The notes below the pieces were generated by a model. That model saw only the letters and a program-made list of their open reading frames with translations, was not told the DNA's origin and searched no databases. Shown here piece by piece: positions 27,463 through 36,444 of a DNA stretch of 64,000 nt. Each line of letters begins with the position of its first letter. The stretch's first letter is position 1. The stretch is from an uncultured archaeon. GTDB lineage: Archaea > Aenigmatarchaeota > Aenigmatarchaeia > Aenigmatarchaeales > Aenigmatarchaeaceae. Position numbers and translations under genes: made by a program. The stretch is taken from assembly GCA_964347265.1 (NCBI GenBank), contig CAYFXV010000001.1:14397-78396 (forward strand), written 5' to 3'.

Positions 27463-30239
27463 CTTGGAGATGCTACTGTTCCCGTAACAGTTACTTCAGC
27501 ACCTGCTTTTTGTGTGTCTGTTGCTCCTGGGAATCCAGTTTGGACAATTCTAGCTGCTAAGTCTGTATCTCCTGCTTCCCAACCGGCTATCAATAGAGCT
27601 GTCTTACCTGTTGCGAATTTGTCTGCAACAAGTTTTATCAAACCTGCATTCTCAGGTATTCCTGATGCAGCTCCACATGTATAGTCAGTATGACCCATGA
27701 CTTCAGCTGCTAGCTTGTTAATACAAGGTCCACCAACTATGACTAAATCATAGTTTGATTTGTCTGAGCTTGTTACTTCGGTATCAAGTTTAACAACATC
27801 TGATGTAATTGGTAATACAACATCTGTTGTTATTACGCCTCCAACTCCACCACTTGTTATTACACCTGTTGGAGTCAACACATAAACATTTCCATATGTG
27901 AACACATCTGGATAGCTTATTGTTGCTGAACCTCCAAGGTTTGAAGTCAAGTGATCTGATAGAGTACCGTAAGTTGTCATACCCTTGTATTGTGTTGATG
28001 TTCCTAAGAGCGGAACGTCTGCATAAGCGCTGTCATCTGAATAAAGTGAGGTAGCTATGCTTACTTTGTTGTTTGTACTATCCCATGATACTGGTAGATA
28101 CAACCAATTATGTGTTTGTCCGCCTTGTTGTGCTTCTTCAACTAAGATAAAACCTGTACCATCATACCAAGCACTTGTACTTGTTCCTAGTTTAACTGTG
28201 TAGTTCATAGCAGCACTAGTTCTTCCAACTCTTACTACATAATCAATGTGGTTCTTTGCAAATGTTCCACTTCCATAAGCTCCGTCTTCAACTGGTTCTC
28301 CAATTGCTGTTTCATTAGTCCAAGTTCCTGCTGTAGGACCATATGTAGCAACTGTTGTTGTATTGTCAGCATTTCTAACAAGTCTTATACCTGCAAATCC
28401 TAGTTGTGGATAAATCCAGGTTCCTGCGGTCATTGCACCTGAAGAATAGTTTGTATAGAAATACAAACCACCTTGACCTGTTGTTATTAACTTTGGTGCA
28501 AGGAAAGAGTATTCTCTACCAAGAGGTCCTGGTGTAGTAAAATCTGTGTATGCTGTTCCTGCAATATATCCATCTCCATTTAGGTCAACATTGATAGTTT
28601 TAGATGTATTGCTTATAAGGTAAACTCTATAAATGTTTCCATCAACTATCAAATTTGCTATGGCTCCATTTGAAGTTTGGTTACCTGTTGCTGTAATTGA
28701 ATTTCCTGACTCATCTGTAAATGTAAATTCACCAGTTGCTGCTGTATAAGCTGTAAATACCATTGTGTGGGAGAATCCTCCTTTCTGTATCACGAAAAAG
28801 TCTTGATCAACTGCGCTAATGTTTGCTCCCTCATCAAATACAACATCTCTCCAATCGTTTTCAGTGCCTGATGCTGTTACGGGTGCTGATGCCCATCTCC
28901 ATGTTACTCCGTCTGATGAATAGACTGAGAACATTTGTTCTTCAGCATCTGCAGCATTCTTGTATTTTAAGAACATGTTGTATCCAGAAGGATTGAATGT
29001 TATTGATTGTCTGTTTGCTGCATCTGTAAAATCTGGAATAATACTGTTGAATTTTATGTCAAAGGTTGATGCAAAGGAATCTGCCACTTTATCTCCTGCA
29101 GATAACCACTTATCTAAAGTTGGAGTATAGGTTAAAGAGAATACGGACCAACCACCTGATACACTTGAAGTCATTCCTGATACTAATTCAGATACGACTG
29201 ATGTACCTTTTGTTACTGTTCCTGCAGAACTTACTTTAACTTTGTCTGCGCCTATTGCTAATGTTGCATAATCTGCTGCTCCTGTCTTACCTTGGAAGAC
29301 TTTTATTGCAGCAATTTGTGTTCCATCAGACAAAGTTTTGGTTTCTCCTGCCTTTAATGTAAATGATTCACCATTTACATCCCCAATGGCAGAATAATAT
29401 GTTGATGTTCCTATAGTTTGTGCAGCAACTCCTGTCAAAGTAACTGTATAGTCTTTTCCTTCAGATGTTATTGTTTGTGGTGCTCCTGTTTCTACAGTAA
29501 CTAAATTCTTACCTCCAAGTAAGGTCATAGTTGAGATTGTATCAGTTGAACTACCATATGTGGCATCTGATATAACGAAATCTTTTCCTAAAATACTTAT
29601 AGTTGTACCTTGAATTACAGCCTGCAATAGTGTATTACTGGTAACACCTGATAAAGAGACTGGTGTTGAAAATGTTAGTTTGTATGTATAAAGTGGATAA
29701 GATGCTGGAACTTTAAAGGAAATTCTTGGCGTATTTTCAGTTGTAGGTCTTTCAAATTTTATTTGTGCGCCATTGCTACCTAAATCAGTCTCACCCAATA
29801 AATACAAATACTGTTTATATTGGTAAGCTCCACCAGATGCTGATGAATAAGTTTTGGTTCCTAACAAAGATGGTATATCTGAAGTTGTTATAATTCCCTT
29901 AACATTTTGCGGGTTTGTATAAGGTGTTAAAAATATACCAGATGTTTCTATTTTTGCTCCACCTGTAACACTTTCTCCTGCAATTGTTGTTGTTACATCT
30001 GTGGTTGTCTTAGCATTTGCTGCCATATTAACAGCTACATCAACAGCACCTGCAACATCAGCTGGTGCGGCTCTTGCCCCGATTACAAACAGTGGAAAAC
30101 TAACTGTTGAATCTGTTACTGTTATCATATCTGATATTTTTCCTAATTCTGTTACAGTAGATGCTAACACTGGACTCATTAATGACATTCCTGTCATAAG
30201 TGCTGAACCTGCTATCGCAGCCAATTTTTTAAATTGCAT
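27453..30239 (-). CDS. Large secreted Thr/Ser/Gly-rich surface protein, an S-layer protein candidate.
   Basis: 928 aa with signal peptide MQFKKLAAIAGSALMTGMSLMSPVLAS and low-complexity T/S/G-rich beta-type sequence. It has a strong SD (GGAGG) and a GC-rich leader. The internal + ORF 30001..30264 is spurious. Confidence 0.5.
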   Translation of the reverse strand: MQFKKLAAIAGSALMTGMSLMSPVLASTVTELGKISDMITVTDSTVSFPLFVIGARAAPADVAGAVDVAVNMAANAKTTTDVTTTIAGESVTGGAKIETSGIFLTPYTNPQNVKGIITTSDIPSLLGTKTYSSASGGAYQYKQYLYLLGETDLGSNGAQIKFERPTTENTPRISFKVPASYPLYTYKLTFSTPVSLSGVTSNTLLQAVIQGTTISILGKDFVISDATYGSSTDTISTMTLLGGKNLVTVETGAPQTITSEGKDYTVTLTGVAAQTIGTSTYYSAIGDVNGESFTLKAGETKTLSDGTQIAAIKVFQGKTGAADYATLAIGADKVKVSSAGTVTKGTSVVSELVSGMTSSVSGGWSVFSLTYTPTLDKWLSAGDKVADSFASTFDIKFNSIIPDFTDAANRQSITFNPSGYNMFLKYKNAADAEEQMFSVYSSDGVTWRWASAPVTASGTENDWRDVVFDEGANISAVDQDFFVIQKGGFSHTMVFTAYTAATGEFTFTDESGNSITATGNQTSNGAIANLIVDGNIYRVYLISNTSKTINVDLNGDGYIAGTAYTDFTTPGPLGREYSFLAPKLITTGQGGLYFYTNYSSGAMTAGTWIYPQLGFAGIRLVRNADNTTTVATYGPTAGTWTNETAIGEPVEDGAYGSGTFAKNHIDYVVRVGRTSAAMNYTVKLGTSTSAWYDGTGFILVEEAQQGGQTHNWLYLPVSWDSTNNKVSIATSLYSDDSAYADVPLLGTSTQYKGMTTYGTLSDHLTSNLGGSATISYPDVFTYGNVYVLTPTGVITSGGVGGVITTDVVLPITSDVVKLDTEVTSSDKSNYDLVIVGGPCINKLAAEVMGHTDYTCGAASGIPENAGLIKLVADKFATGKTALLIAGWEAGDTDLAARIVQTGFPGATDTQKAGAEVTVTGTVASPSYS

Positions 30240-30269
30240 TTTTTATTCCTCCTCATTTAATTAAAGTTT

Positions 30270-30317
30270 GCGCGGTGTATGCGCTTTTTCTGGCGCCAAA
30301 AATGCGCTTGCGCGCCA
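30270..30317 (-). promoter_or_regulatory. GC-rich structured leader or operator upstream of the S-layer-like gene.
   Basis: GCGCGGTGTATGCGC and GGCGCCAAAAATGCGCTTGCGCGCC palindromic elements sit about 30-80 nt upstream of the start. They are strongly GC-rich against the ~27% GC background. Confidence 0.45.
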
Positions 30318-30491
30318 AAAAGATTAATACCTCTATTTATTTCTGACGCCATTTTGATTAAGAAATATTGTATAAAGCTAGGATATATAAACTTCTAGAA
30401 ACTGTTTACTGAACTGTTTATCATTGTTTACTTATATATTTTGAAATTAAAATAAGAATTTTTATATCTTCTAATTGTTTCTAAAGGCTTT

Positions 30492-31397
30492 TTATGCCTT
30501 TTTTCCAAATTTCTTCTCTATATAAACCTTGTTTTTCCTACCAATCCTTTCAAGTTTTATAAGACCTCTTTCTTTCAAACTTTTAAGAACTTTTGAAACT
30601 TTTGCTTTAGAATATCCACTATCTTTAACAATTATCTTTTGATTAACGCCATTACCATGTTTCATAACTGTATTAAAAATTATTTTTTCATCTTTTTTTA
30701 ACACAGGTAATATTAATTTTACAGTTTTATTTTTCCAATAAAATTGATAAAAAACTATGACGCCTGCAAATATTATTATGATTGTTATTGTAAAAAATTC
30801 AATCGGAAATTCAGATATAATAACATCTCCTATTTTTTCAAAAGCTACAAAAACATCAATTCTATCTCCTTTTTTAAAATCATTCATTTGCCAGTTAATA
30901 ATTGTTCTTCTGCCATCTGATCCTATTAAAGCATTTTCTGGACTATAAGAATTTTCTACAGGCTCTCTTAAACCAGTTCCTTCTGGAAGCTTAACTAAAA
31001 TAGGAATAATTTCAGTATCACCTCTAAATTTAAAAGAATCTGTAAACAAAAAATAATTATTTCTCTTATTAACTTTTTGATTTGAATTATAAGTTATAAT
31101 GACGTCTGTTCTTTCTGAAGCTTTCATAGTACAAACTATATTTGTTTCTAACATTCCAGGTTGGATTTTACAATCTGCAACAGAATCAACTTTAATGTTA
31201 TCAGGAGAACCTAGAGGTGTGATAAAACTTTGGTCTTGATGATTTACAAATATTAAAGTTAATTTATATTCAACTGTATTATTTTCAAAAATTTCTGCTG
31301 TAACTCCGTATTGATATAATTCTTGCGAAAAACAAGGAACTGAAAATAAAATAAAGAATATTAAAATTAGGATTTTTTTCATTTTATCACTCTTCAC
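30492..31397 (-). CDS. Single-pass membrane protein with an extracytoplasmic N-terminal domain and a cytoplasmic C-terminal winged-helix DNA-binding domain.
   Basis: 301 aa. It has a signal peptide (MKKILILIFFILFSVPCFSQ), a ~190-aa ectodomain, a TM (FFTITIIIIFAGVIVFYQFYW), then FNTVMKHGNGVNQKIIVKDSGYSKAKVSKVLKSLKERGLIKLERIGRKNKVYI (wHTH). Confidence 0.5.
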   Translation of the reverse strand: MKSDKMKKILILIFFILFSVPCFSQELYQYGVTAEIFENNTVEYKLTLIFVNHQDQSFITPLGSPDNIKVDSVADCKIQPGMLETNIVCTMKASERTDVIITYNSNQKVNKRNNYFLFTDSFKFRGDTEIIPILVKLPEGTGLREPVENSYSPENALIGSDGRRTIINWQMNDFKKGDRIDVFVAFEKIGDVIISEFPIEFFTITIIIIFAGVIVFYQFYWKNKTVKLILPVLKKDEKIIFNTVMKHGNGVNQKIIVKDSGYSKAKVSKVLKSLKERGLIKLERIGRKNKVYIEKKFGKKA

Positions 31398-31824
31398 CTC
31401 TCATGAAAACTATTCCACCAGCACCAGCTGCTGCAAGTCTATGCATCATATTTGAAATTGAATTCAAAATTGATTGAGCTTCACCAACATCTAAATTGAA
31501 TTTTTCTGGTTCTAATATTTCTATAGCAGATGGTCCATATTCAATAGCAATCTGTGCAAGGTTATCAAACTTTTTAGATATTAAATTAACTTCACATGTT
31601 ACAGAATATCCAACCTCAACATTTTGAATTGGTGTTTCAACTCTCTTAGTTTCCCCAAAACTTTTTTTATAAATTTTTACTCTATTGTCTCTGTCAAGTT
31701 TGTTAACCAAAGACTCTAGTGCATCTTTTGCTACGTTTTCATTTATTGCTAAAGCTTCGAACATAACCCAAGATTTAAACCATCCTTCTCTAACTTTTTC
31801 GTTTGCTTCTTCCTCGCTTATCAT
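31387..31824 (-). CDS. Hypothetical protein.
   Basis: 145-aa ORF. It overlaps the upstream gene by 11 nt. Family not recognised. Confidence 0.4.
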   Translation of the reverse strand: MISEEEANEKVREGWFKSWVMFEALAINENVAKDALESLVNKLDRDNRVKIYKKSFGETKRVETPIQNVEVGYSVTCEVNLISKKFDNLAQIAIEYGPSAIEILEPEKFNLDVGEAQSILNSISNMMHRLAAAGAGGIVFMRGEE

Positions 31825-31863
31825 ATAAGAATTAATTTCTTTCTTAAAGCTTTAAATTTGTTT

Positions 31864-32895
31864 CTAAAAGTGTTCTGGCACCCATCTTTTTCCAAAAATA
31901 GGTATTTCCTCTCCACATTTAGGACATTTAAAATCTTTTTTCAATGAGAATTTTTTAACACCTAAAATTGTTCTTTCAATAACAAGGTTTCCACAATTAT
32001 GACAATAAGTATTTTCCAACTTATGATTATGAACATTTCCTAAATAAACATATTTTAGTCCTTCTTTTTTTGCTATTTCATAAGCTTTTTCCATTGTTTT
32101 GATAGGTGTTCTAGGCAAATCTGTCAATTTATGGGTTGGAAAAAATTGAATTAAGTGAAACGGTGTTTTGTCTCCTAAGTTATCAAATATCCATTTACAA
32201 AGTTTTTTCACATCTTCCATATTGTCCCCAACTTTAGGAACTATTAAATCTGTTATTTCAATATAAATTTTGTTTTTCTTGTAAGCTAACAAAGCATCAA
32301 AGATTGGTTCTACTTTAGGAACGCTTGAAAATTCATTGTAAAACTTTGGATTTGCAGAACCTTTTAAATCAACAACAGCTGCGTCCAAATATTTTGATAT
32401 TTCTTTTATTGCTTCTGGAGAAGTATAACCATTTGTAACAAACATGTTATAAAATCCATTTTTTCTAGCTATTTTTGCAGTATCATAAGAAAATTCATAA
32501 AATATTGTTGGCTCTGTATAAGTATAAGAAAAGCCTTGAACACCAAATTTCTTTGCTAAATCAATTAATTGCTCAGGAGTATGATCTTGTCCAATAACAT
32601 TTGTCCATTCTTGTGATATTCCATAATTACAACAAAACTTACATCTAAAATTACATCCAACAGTAGATATAGATACGGTTCTAGAACCTGGAGCAAACAT
32701 GTATAATGGTTTTTTTTCAATAGGATCTACTGCTACTGAACAGAGTTTTCCATAAACAAGAGAATATAATTTGTCTTTAATGTTTTTCCTAACTCTACAA
32801 AATCCTACTTGATTTTCTGCTATAATACAATTTCTAGCACATAAACCACATTTAATAGCGTTTTTAATTTGTTTATAGAACATAGCTTCTTTCAT
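31864..32895 (-). CDS. Radical SAM enzyme of the COG1180 type (PflA/AmrS-like activating enzyme).
   Basis: 343 aa with CGLCARNC at the N-terminus and the radical SAM motif CNFRCKFC (CX3CX2C). Confidence 0.65.
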   Translation of the reverse strand: MKEAMFYKQIKNAIKCGLCARNCIIAENQVGFCRVRKNIKDKLYSLVYGKLCSVAVDPIEKKPLYMFAPGSRTVSISTVGCNFRCKFCCNYGISQEWTNVIGQDHTPEQLIDLAKKFGVQGFSYTYTEPTIFYEFSYDTAKIARKNGFYNMFVTNGYTSPEAIKEISKYLDAAVVDLKGSANPKFYNEFSSVPKVEPIFDALLAYKKNKIYIEITDLIVPKVGDNMEDVKKLCKWIFDNLGDKTPFHLIQFFPTHKLTDLPRTPIKTMEKAYEIAKKEGLKYVYLGNVHNHKLENTYCHNCGNLVIERTILGVKKFSLKKDFKCPKCGEEIPIFGKRWVPEHF

Positions 32896-32933
32896 AATAA
32901 CTTATATAATTTTCAAATATTTTATAGTATTAT

Positions 32934-33007
32934 GCCCCAATAGCTCAGTTGGCTAGAGCGACTGTCTCGTAAACAGTAGGTCGGCGGTTCAAATCCGCCT
33001 TGGGGCT
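32934..33007 (+). tRNA. tRNA-Thr (anticodon CGT).
   Basis: Manual fold: acceptor GCCCCAA/TTGGGGC, anticodon stem ACTGT/ACAGT with loop CTCGTAA, T-loop TTCAAAT. Confidence 0.8.
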
Positions 33008-33101
33008 ACTTTAACCAATTCTCAAAACTAGAAAAGATTTAATAATATTGTTCTTTAATTCTTGAAAATAATTAAAAAGTTAGGGTTCTAATAATTATAT
33101 T

Positions 33102-33899
33102 GTGAATGAAATGTCAGAATTGAAAGTCTTACAAATTGAGACAACTAATCTTTGTAATTCTCATTGTGTGTTTTGTGTTCATGATAGAATAAAAGAATAT
33201 GAAAATATGAGTGATGAACTATTTAAAAAAATATTGAATGACGCCAAAAAAATTGAAACAATAAAAAGAATAATCCCCATGATGACTGGCGAACCACTTA
33301 TGGATAAAAAATTTATAAATCGTCTTAAATTGATAAACGGGATATTACCAAACAAACAAATAGAAGTATATAGCAATGGCTCTTTTCTTACTTCTAAAAT
33401 CATAAAAGAATTAGCTTCTATAGAGAATTTGACGATGTTTTTTAGTATTAATGGTACTAGCAAAAAAACTAGAAAAAAATTAATGGGTTTAGATGATTAT
33501 GATTATGTAGTCAAAATGGTAAATTTATATGCTTTAACTGAAAAACCATTTAGAACAATATTTGTGGCTCACCCTTCAGTTAAAAAAGAAGAATTTCATA
33601 ATTTTATAAGAAGTTGGAGCAATAAGGCTTTGATTATCCCCTATGCCAATTTTATAGGAGAAAAATACAGAAGTGATACAATTGAAAAAACTTGCGTTAG
33701 AGCAATTAGTCATATGACTGTTATGTGGAATGGAAAAGTCAATCTTTGTTGTTTTGATGCTTTGGGAAAAGTCATTTTTGGAGATTTGAACACACAATCT
33801 ATTAAAGAAGTTTGGAATTCTAAAAAAAGACAATCTTATGCGAAAGCACATTTAAATGGAGAAATAATAGAACCTTGCAACATTTGTGTTTACATATAA
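33102..33899 (+). CDS. Radical SAM protein with a C-terminal Cys-rich SPASM/twitch-like extension.
   Basis: 265 aa. LQIETTNLCNSHCVFCV contains CX3CX2C. The C-terminal cysteines are CCFDALGKV...EPCNICVYI. Internal minus ORFs 33179..33463 and 33576..33851 are spurious. Confidence 0.65.
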   Translation: MNEMSELKVLQIETTNLCNSHCVFCVHDRIKEYENMSDELFKKILNDAKKIETIKRIIPMMTGEPLMDKKFINRLKLINGILPNKQIEVYSNGSFLTSKIIKELASIENLTMFFSINGTSKKTRKKLMGLDDYDYVVKMVNLYALTEKPFRTIFVAHPSVKKEEFHNFIRSWSNKALIIPYANFIGEKYRSDTIEKTCVRAISHMTVMWNGKVNLCCFDALGKVIFGDLNTQSIKEVWNSKKRQSYAKAHLNGEIIEPCNICVYI

Positions 33900-34080
33900 G
33901 AAGGCGACATATAAAATTTATATAAGCTTATAAAAGCTATAGTGACAGAATGGAAAAAAACAAAAATTATTTTTCGTTTCTAATTCAATTTTAAACATAA
34001 TATTATTAATAATATATTACTTTGCTTAATCTATACGGCTTTGAAAAAGATTTAAATAGATGCTATAAAAATCATATAAA

Positions 34081-34389
34081 GTGGATGAAATGGATTGGAT
34101 AACCTTTGTTAAAAAAGAAAATGTTAAAAAGGCTGAAGAAAAATTAAGAAGTGATTTTGATATAGCAGCCAAACAAAGCATAACAGTCAGAGATGCAAAG
34201 TCATTGGACATAGAAAAAGATGGAAGTTTCATTTTAATTAATGGAACAGAAGAGGGAATAGAAAAATGTAAAGAACTAATAAAAGAATTTGTTGAAGAAA
34301 TTGATGAAGATTATTTGAATAAAGCAGAAGAAAAAATTAAAGAAGAAGAAGAAAAAGCAGCAGAAGCATTTGGTGGAATATTGGGATAG
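34081..34389 (+). CDS. Acidic hypothetical protein.
   Basis: 102 aa with a Glu/Lys-rich C-terminus. No recognisable motif. Confidence 0.35.
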   Translation: MDEMDWITFVKKENVKKAEEKLRSDFDIAAKQSITVRDAKSLDIEKDGSFILINGTEEGIEKCKELIKEFVEEIDEDYLNKAEEKIKEEEEKAAEAFGGILG

Positions 34390-34391
34390 AA

Positions 34392-34649
34392 ATGATGGCT
34401 ATATTTACATTAGGAGCAGACGAAATAAGAATAAAACAAATGGAAAATATAGCTGAAGCTTGGGGATTTGCTGGAAAATATTCTAACACAGAAAATTTAT
34501 TGATTGATGCCAGAAAAAAGAAGTTTGATTCTATTTTAGTTATAGACCGTGAGGCTTTCGAAGATAAAGCCAAAATAGAACTTAATAATCTTGGTGTAGA
34601 AATAATTAGTTTAAAGGATAAGAAAGTTTTAGAAAAAAAGATTTTTTAA
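34392..34649 (+). CDS. Hypothetical small protein.
   Basis: 85 aa. Its start is 3 nt after the previous stop, so the two are probably co-transcribed. Confidence 0.35.
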   Translation: MMAIFTLGADEIRIKQMENIAEAWGFAGKYSNTENLLIDARKKKFDSILVIDREAFEDKAKIELNNLGVEIISLKDKKVLEKKIF

Positions 34650-34686
34650 TAAAATATTAATTTAATTCTAACAATTAGTTTTTTAT

Positions 34687-34758
34687 GCGCCGATAGTCTA
34701 ATGGTTAGGACATCAGCTTCCCAAGCTGACGATCTGGGTTCGAATCCCGGTCGGCGCA
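34687..34758 (+). tRNA. tRNA-Gly (anticodon CCC).
   Basis: Manual fold: acceptor GCGCCGA/TCGGCGC, anticodon stem TCAGC/GCTGA with loop TTCCCAA, T-arm CTGGG-TTCGAAT-CCCGG. Confidence 0.8.
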
Positions 34759-34812
34759 TCATTCTTGACGGGATGAGAAACTGATATAAATCAGGAATAT
34801 AAGCTAATTTAT

Positions 34813-35286
34813 ATGAAGAAACCATTTGAAATAGGTTTTAGTTTTGGTCTAACTTCTGGAATAATAACAACTCTTGGGTTAATGGTAGGTCTGCATTCTG
34901 GTACTCACTCAAAACTTGCAGTTATCGGAGGTATACTAACAATAGCAGTAGCAGATGCATTTTCAGACTCATTAGGTATGCATATTTCTGAAGAATCTGA
35001 AAAAAAGAAAACAAAAGATATATGGGAATCAACAATTTCTACTTTTCTATCAAAATTCTTTTTTGCATTGACATTTATTATTCCGATTTTATTACTCGAA
35101 CTTTTAACAGCAATTTTAGTAAGTATAGTTTGGGGTCTATTAATGATAGGTATTCTTAGTTTTAGGATAGCTAAAAAACAAAAAGAAACAGCGTGGAAGG
35201 TAGTTGCAGAACATTTGATTATAGCATTGGTAGTTATAGTTATAACTCATTATGTGGGTGATTGGATATCATTAACATTTGGTTAG
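34813..35286 (+). CDS. VIT1/CCC1-family membrane protein (iron/manganese transporter-like).
   Basis: 157 aa. GLTSGIITTLGLMVGLHSGT...AVADAFSDSLGMHISEESE resembles the VIT family (DUF125). Confidence 0.55.
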   Translation: MKKPFEIGFSFGLTSGIITTLGLMVGLHSGTHSKLAVIGGILTIAVADAFSDSLGMHISEESEKKKTKDIWESTISTFLSKFFFALTFIIPILLLELLTAILVSIVWGLLMIGILSFRIAKKQKETAWKVVAEHLIIALVVIVITHYVGDWISLTFG

Positions 35287-35309
35287 TCGAATCCCGGTCG
35301 GCGCATCAT
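35287..35309 (+). repeat. 23-nt direct repeat of the tRNA-Gly 3' end (att-like).
   Basis: TCGAATCCCGGTCGGCGCATCAT is identical to 34740..34762 (the tRNA-Gly T-loop/acceptor plus 4 nt downstream). It directly follows the VIT gene's stop. Confidence 0.65.
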
Positions 35310-35767
35310 AACAAATGAACTATTATTATGAAAATTTCGGAGCCAATAGCATGTAAAAGAAAACTTGGTAAGAATGATTTGCTTCTATAATTAATAGTTC
35401 CAAAAACTATTCCACCTATTGCTGAATAAGGAATTTCAAGAAATGGTTTTCCAATATGTGCTAGTGTATAGGGTATATCTTGAAGTACTATTGACCATTT
35501 ACCAAATCTTTTAGATAAGCCAAACAATAGAAATCCTCTAAAAAACAATTCTCCGACAAACATTCCAAAAAACCTATCAAATATACCTATAGGTGTTAAT
35601 GGTCGAGTTAAATAATATGCTCTAAAATCTGATAAGTTTGCTGCAAAAAATGATAGAGGGAGAGATAAAATCAATAACAAAAGAATTGTTAATAAATCTT
35701 TTCTATCTATAGAATTTAAACCAATATTGTTTTTCATATAAATTCTATTATTTATTAATTCTAACAT
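35306..35767 (-). CDS. CPBP-family intramembrane metalloprotease (CAAX protease/Abi-like).
   Basis: 153 aa with motifs VGELFFRGFLL (EExxxR), YTLAHIG and FLLHAIGSE. Confidence 0.65.
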   Translation of the reverse strand: MLELINNRIYMKNNIGLNSIDRKDLLTILLLLILSLPLSFFAANLSDFRAYYLTRPLTPIGIFDRFFGMFVGELFFRGFLLFGLSKRFGKWSIVLQDIPYTLAHIGKPFLEIPYSAIGGIVFGTINYRSKSFLPSFLLHAIGSEIFIIIVHLL

Positions 35768-35786
35768 AAAGATAAATAGTGTTTAA

Positions 35787-36437
35787 ATGAATGTTATCGA
35801 AGATTTATCAGAATTTCTTAAAATCTCTAAAGATAATGTGATCTCAAAAATGAAAAAAGGAGTTTTTTTAGTAAAGGATGATTGGATAAAAGCAAACCCA
35901 AAAACAGAAGAAGAAGTAATCAAATTTTACAAGAATTGTAAAAACTATTTATTTGATTTAGCTGCTTGGCACGAACAACCATATAAAAAACAATGGGACT
36001 TACAATTGATAGAAGTTGTAAAAAAAATAGAACCGAGTGTAAAAACTATTCTGGATTATGGTTGTGGTATAGGTTCTAATGGGTTTTTATTTCATGAGGC
36101 AGGATTTAATGTAACATTAGCAGATTTAGATTCTTTTACTTTAGATTTTGCTAAATTTATAATTAAGAAATATGGTCTGCCTATTAAAGTAATAGAAGTT
36201 GATAAAGAAGAAGTAAAAAGTAAATTCGATGTTATTATTTGTCTGGATACACTTGAACATATTTTAGATCCAAAAACACTTTTAGAGAAATTATCTCATT
36301 ATTTGAATCCTGAAGGAAAAATTATTCTAACAATTACTGAACGTGATGAATATCGTCCTATGCACTATGAAATGAAAAGCGATTTCTGGGAATATATGGG
36401 AAATTTAGTTAGAGAAAATAAAATCTTATTATTATAG
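35787..36437 (+). CDS. Class I SAM-dependent methyltransferase.
   Basis: 216 aa. LDYGCGIGSNGFLFHEAGFNVTLADLD (motif I), then ICLDTLEH. Confidence 0.8.
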   Translation: MNVIEDLSEFLKISKDNVISKMKKGVFLVKDDWIKANPKTEEEVIKFYKNCKNYLFDLAAWHEQPYKKQWDLQLIEVVKKIEPSVKTILDYGCGIGSNGFLFHEAGFNVTLADLDSFTLDFAKFIIKKYGLPIKVIEVDKEEVKSKFDVIICLDTLEHILDPKTLLEKLSHYLNPEGKIILTITERDEYRPMHYEMKSDFWEYMGNLVRENKILLL

Positions 36438-36444
36438 ATTTCGA

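Noticed and set aside
34392-34649. Possible A/V-type ATPase subunit F.
   Set aside because: It shares only a vague GF.G spacing with the AtpF N-terminus. The spacing of the conserved Gly motifs is wrong and there are no other ATPase subunit genes nearby.
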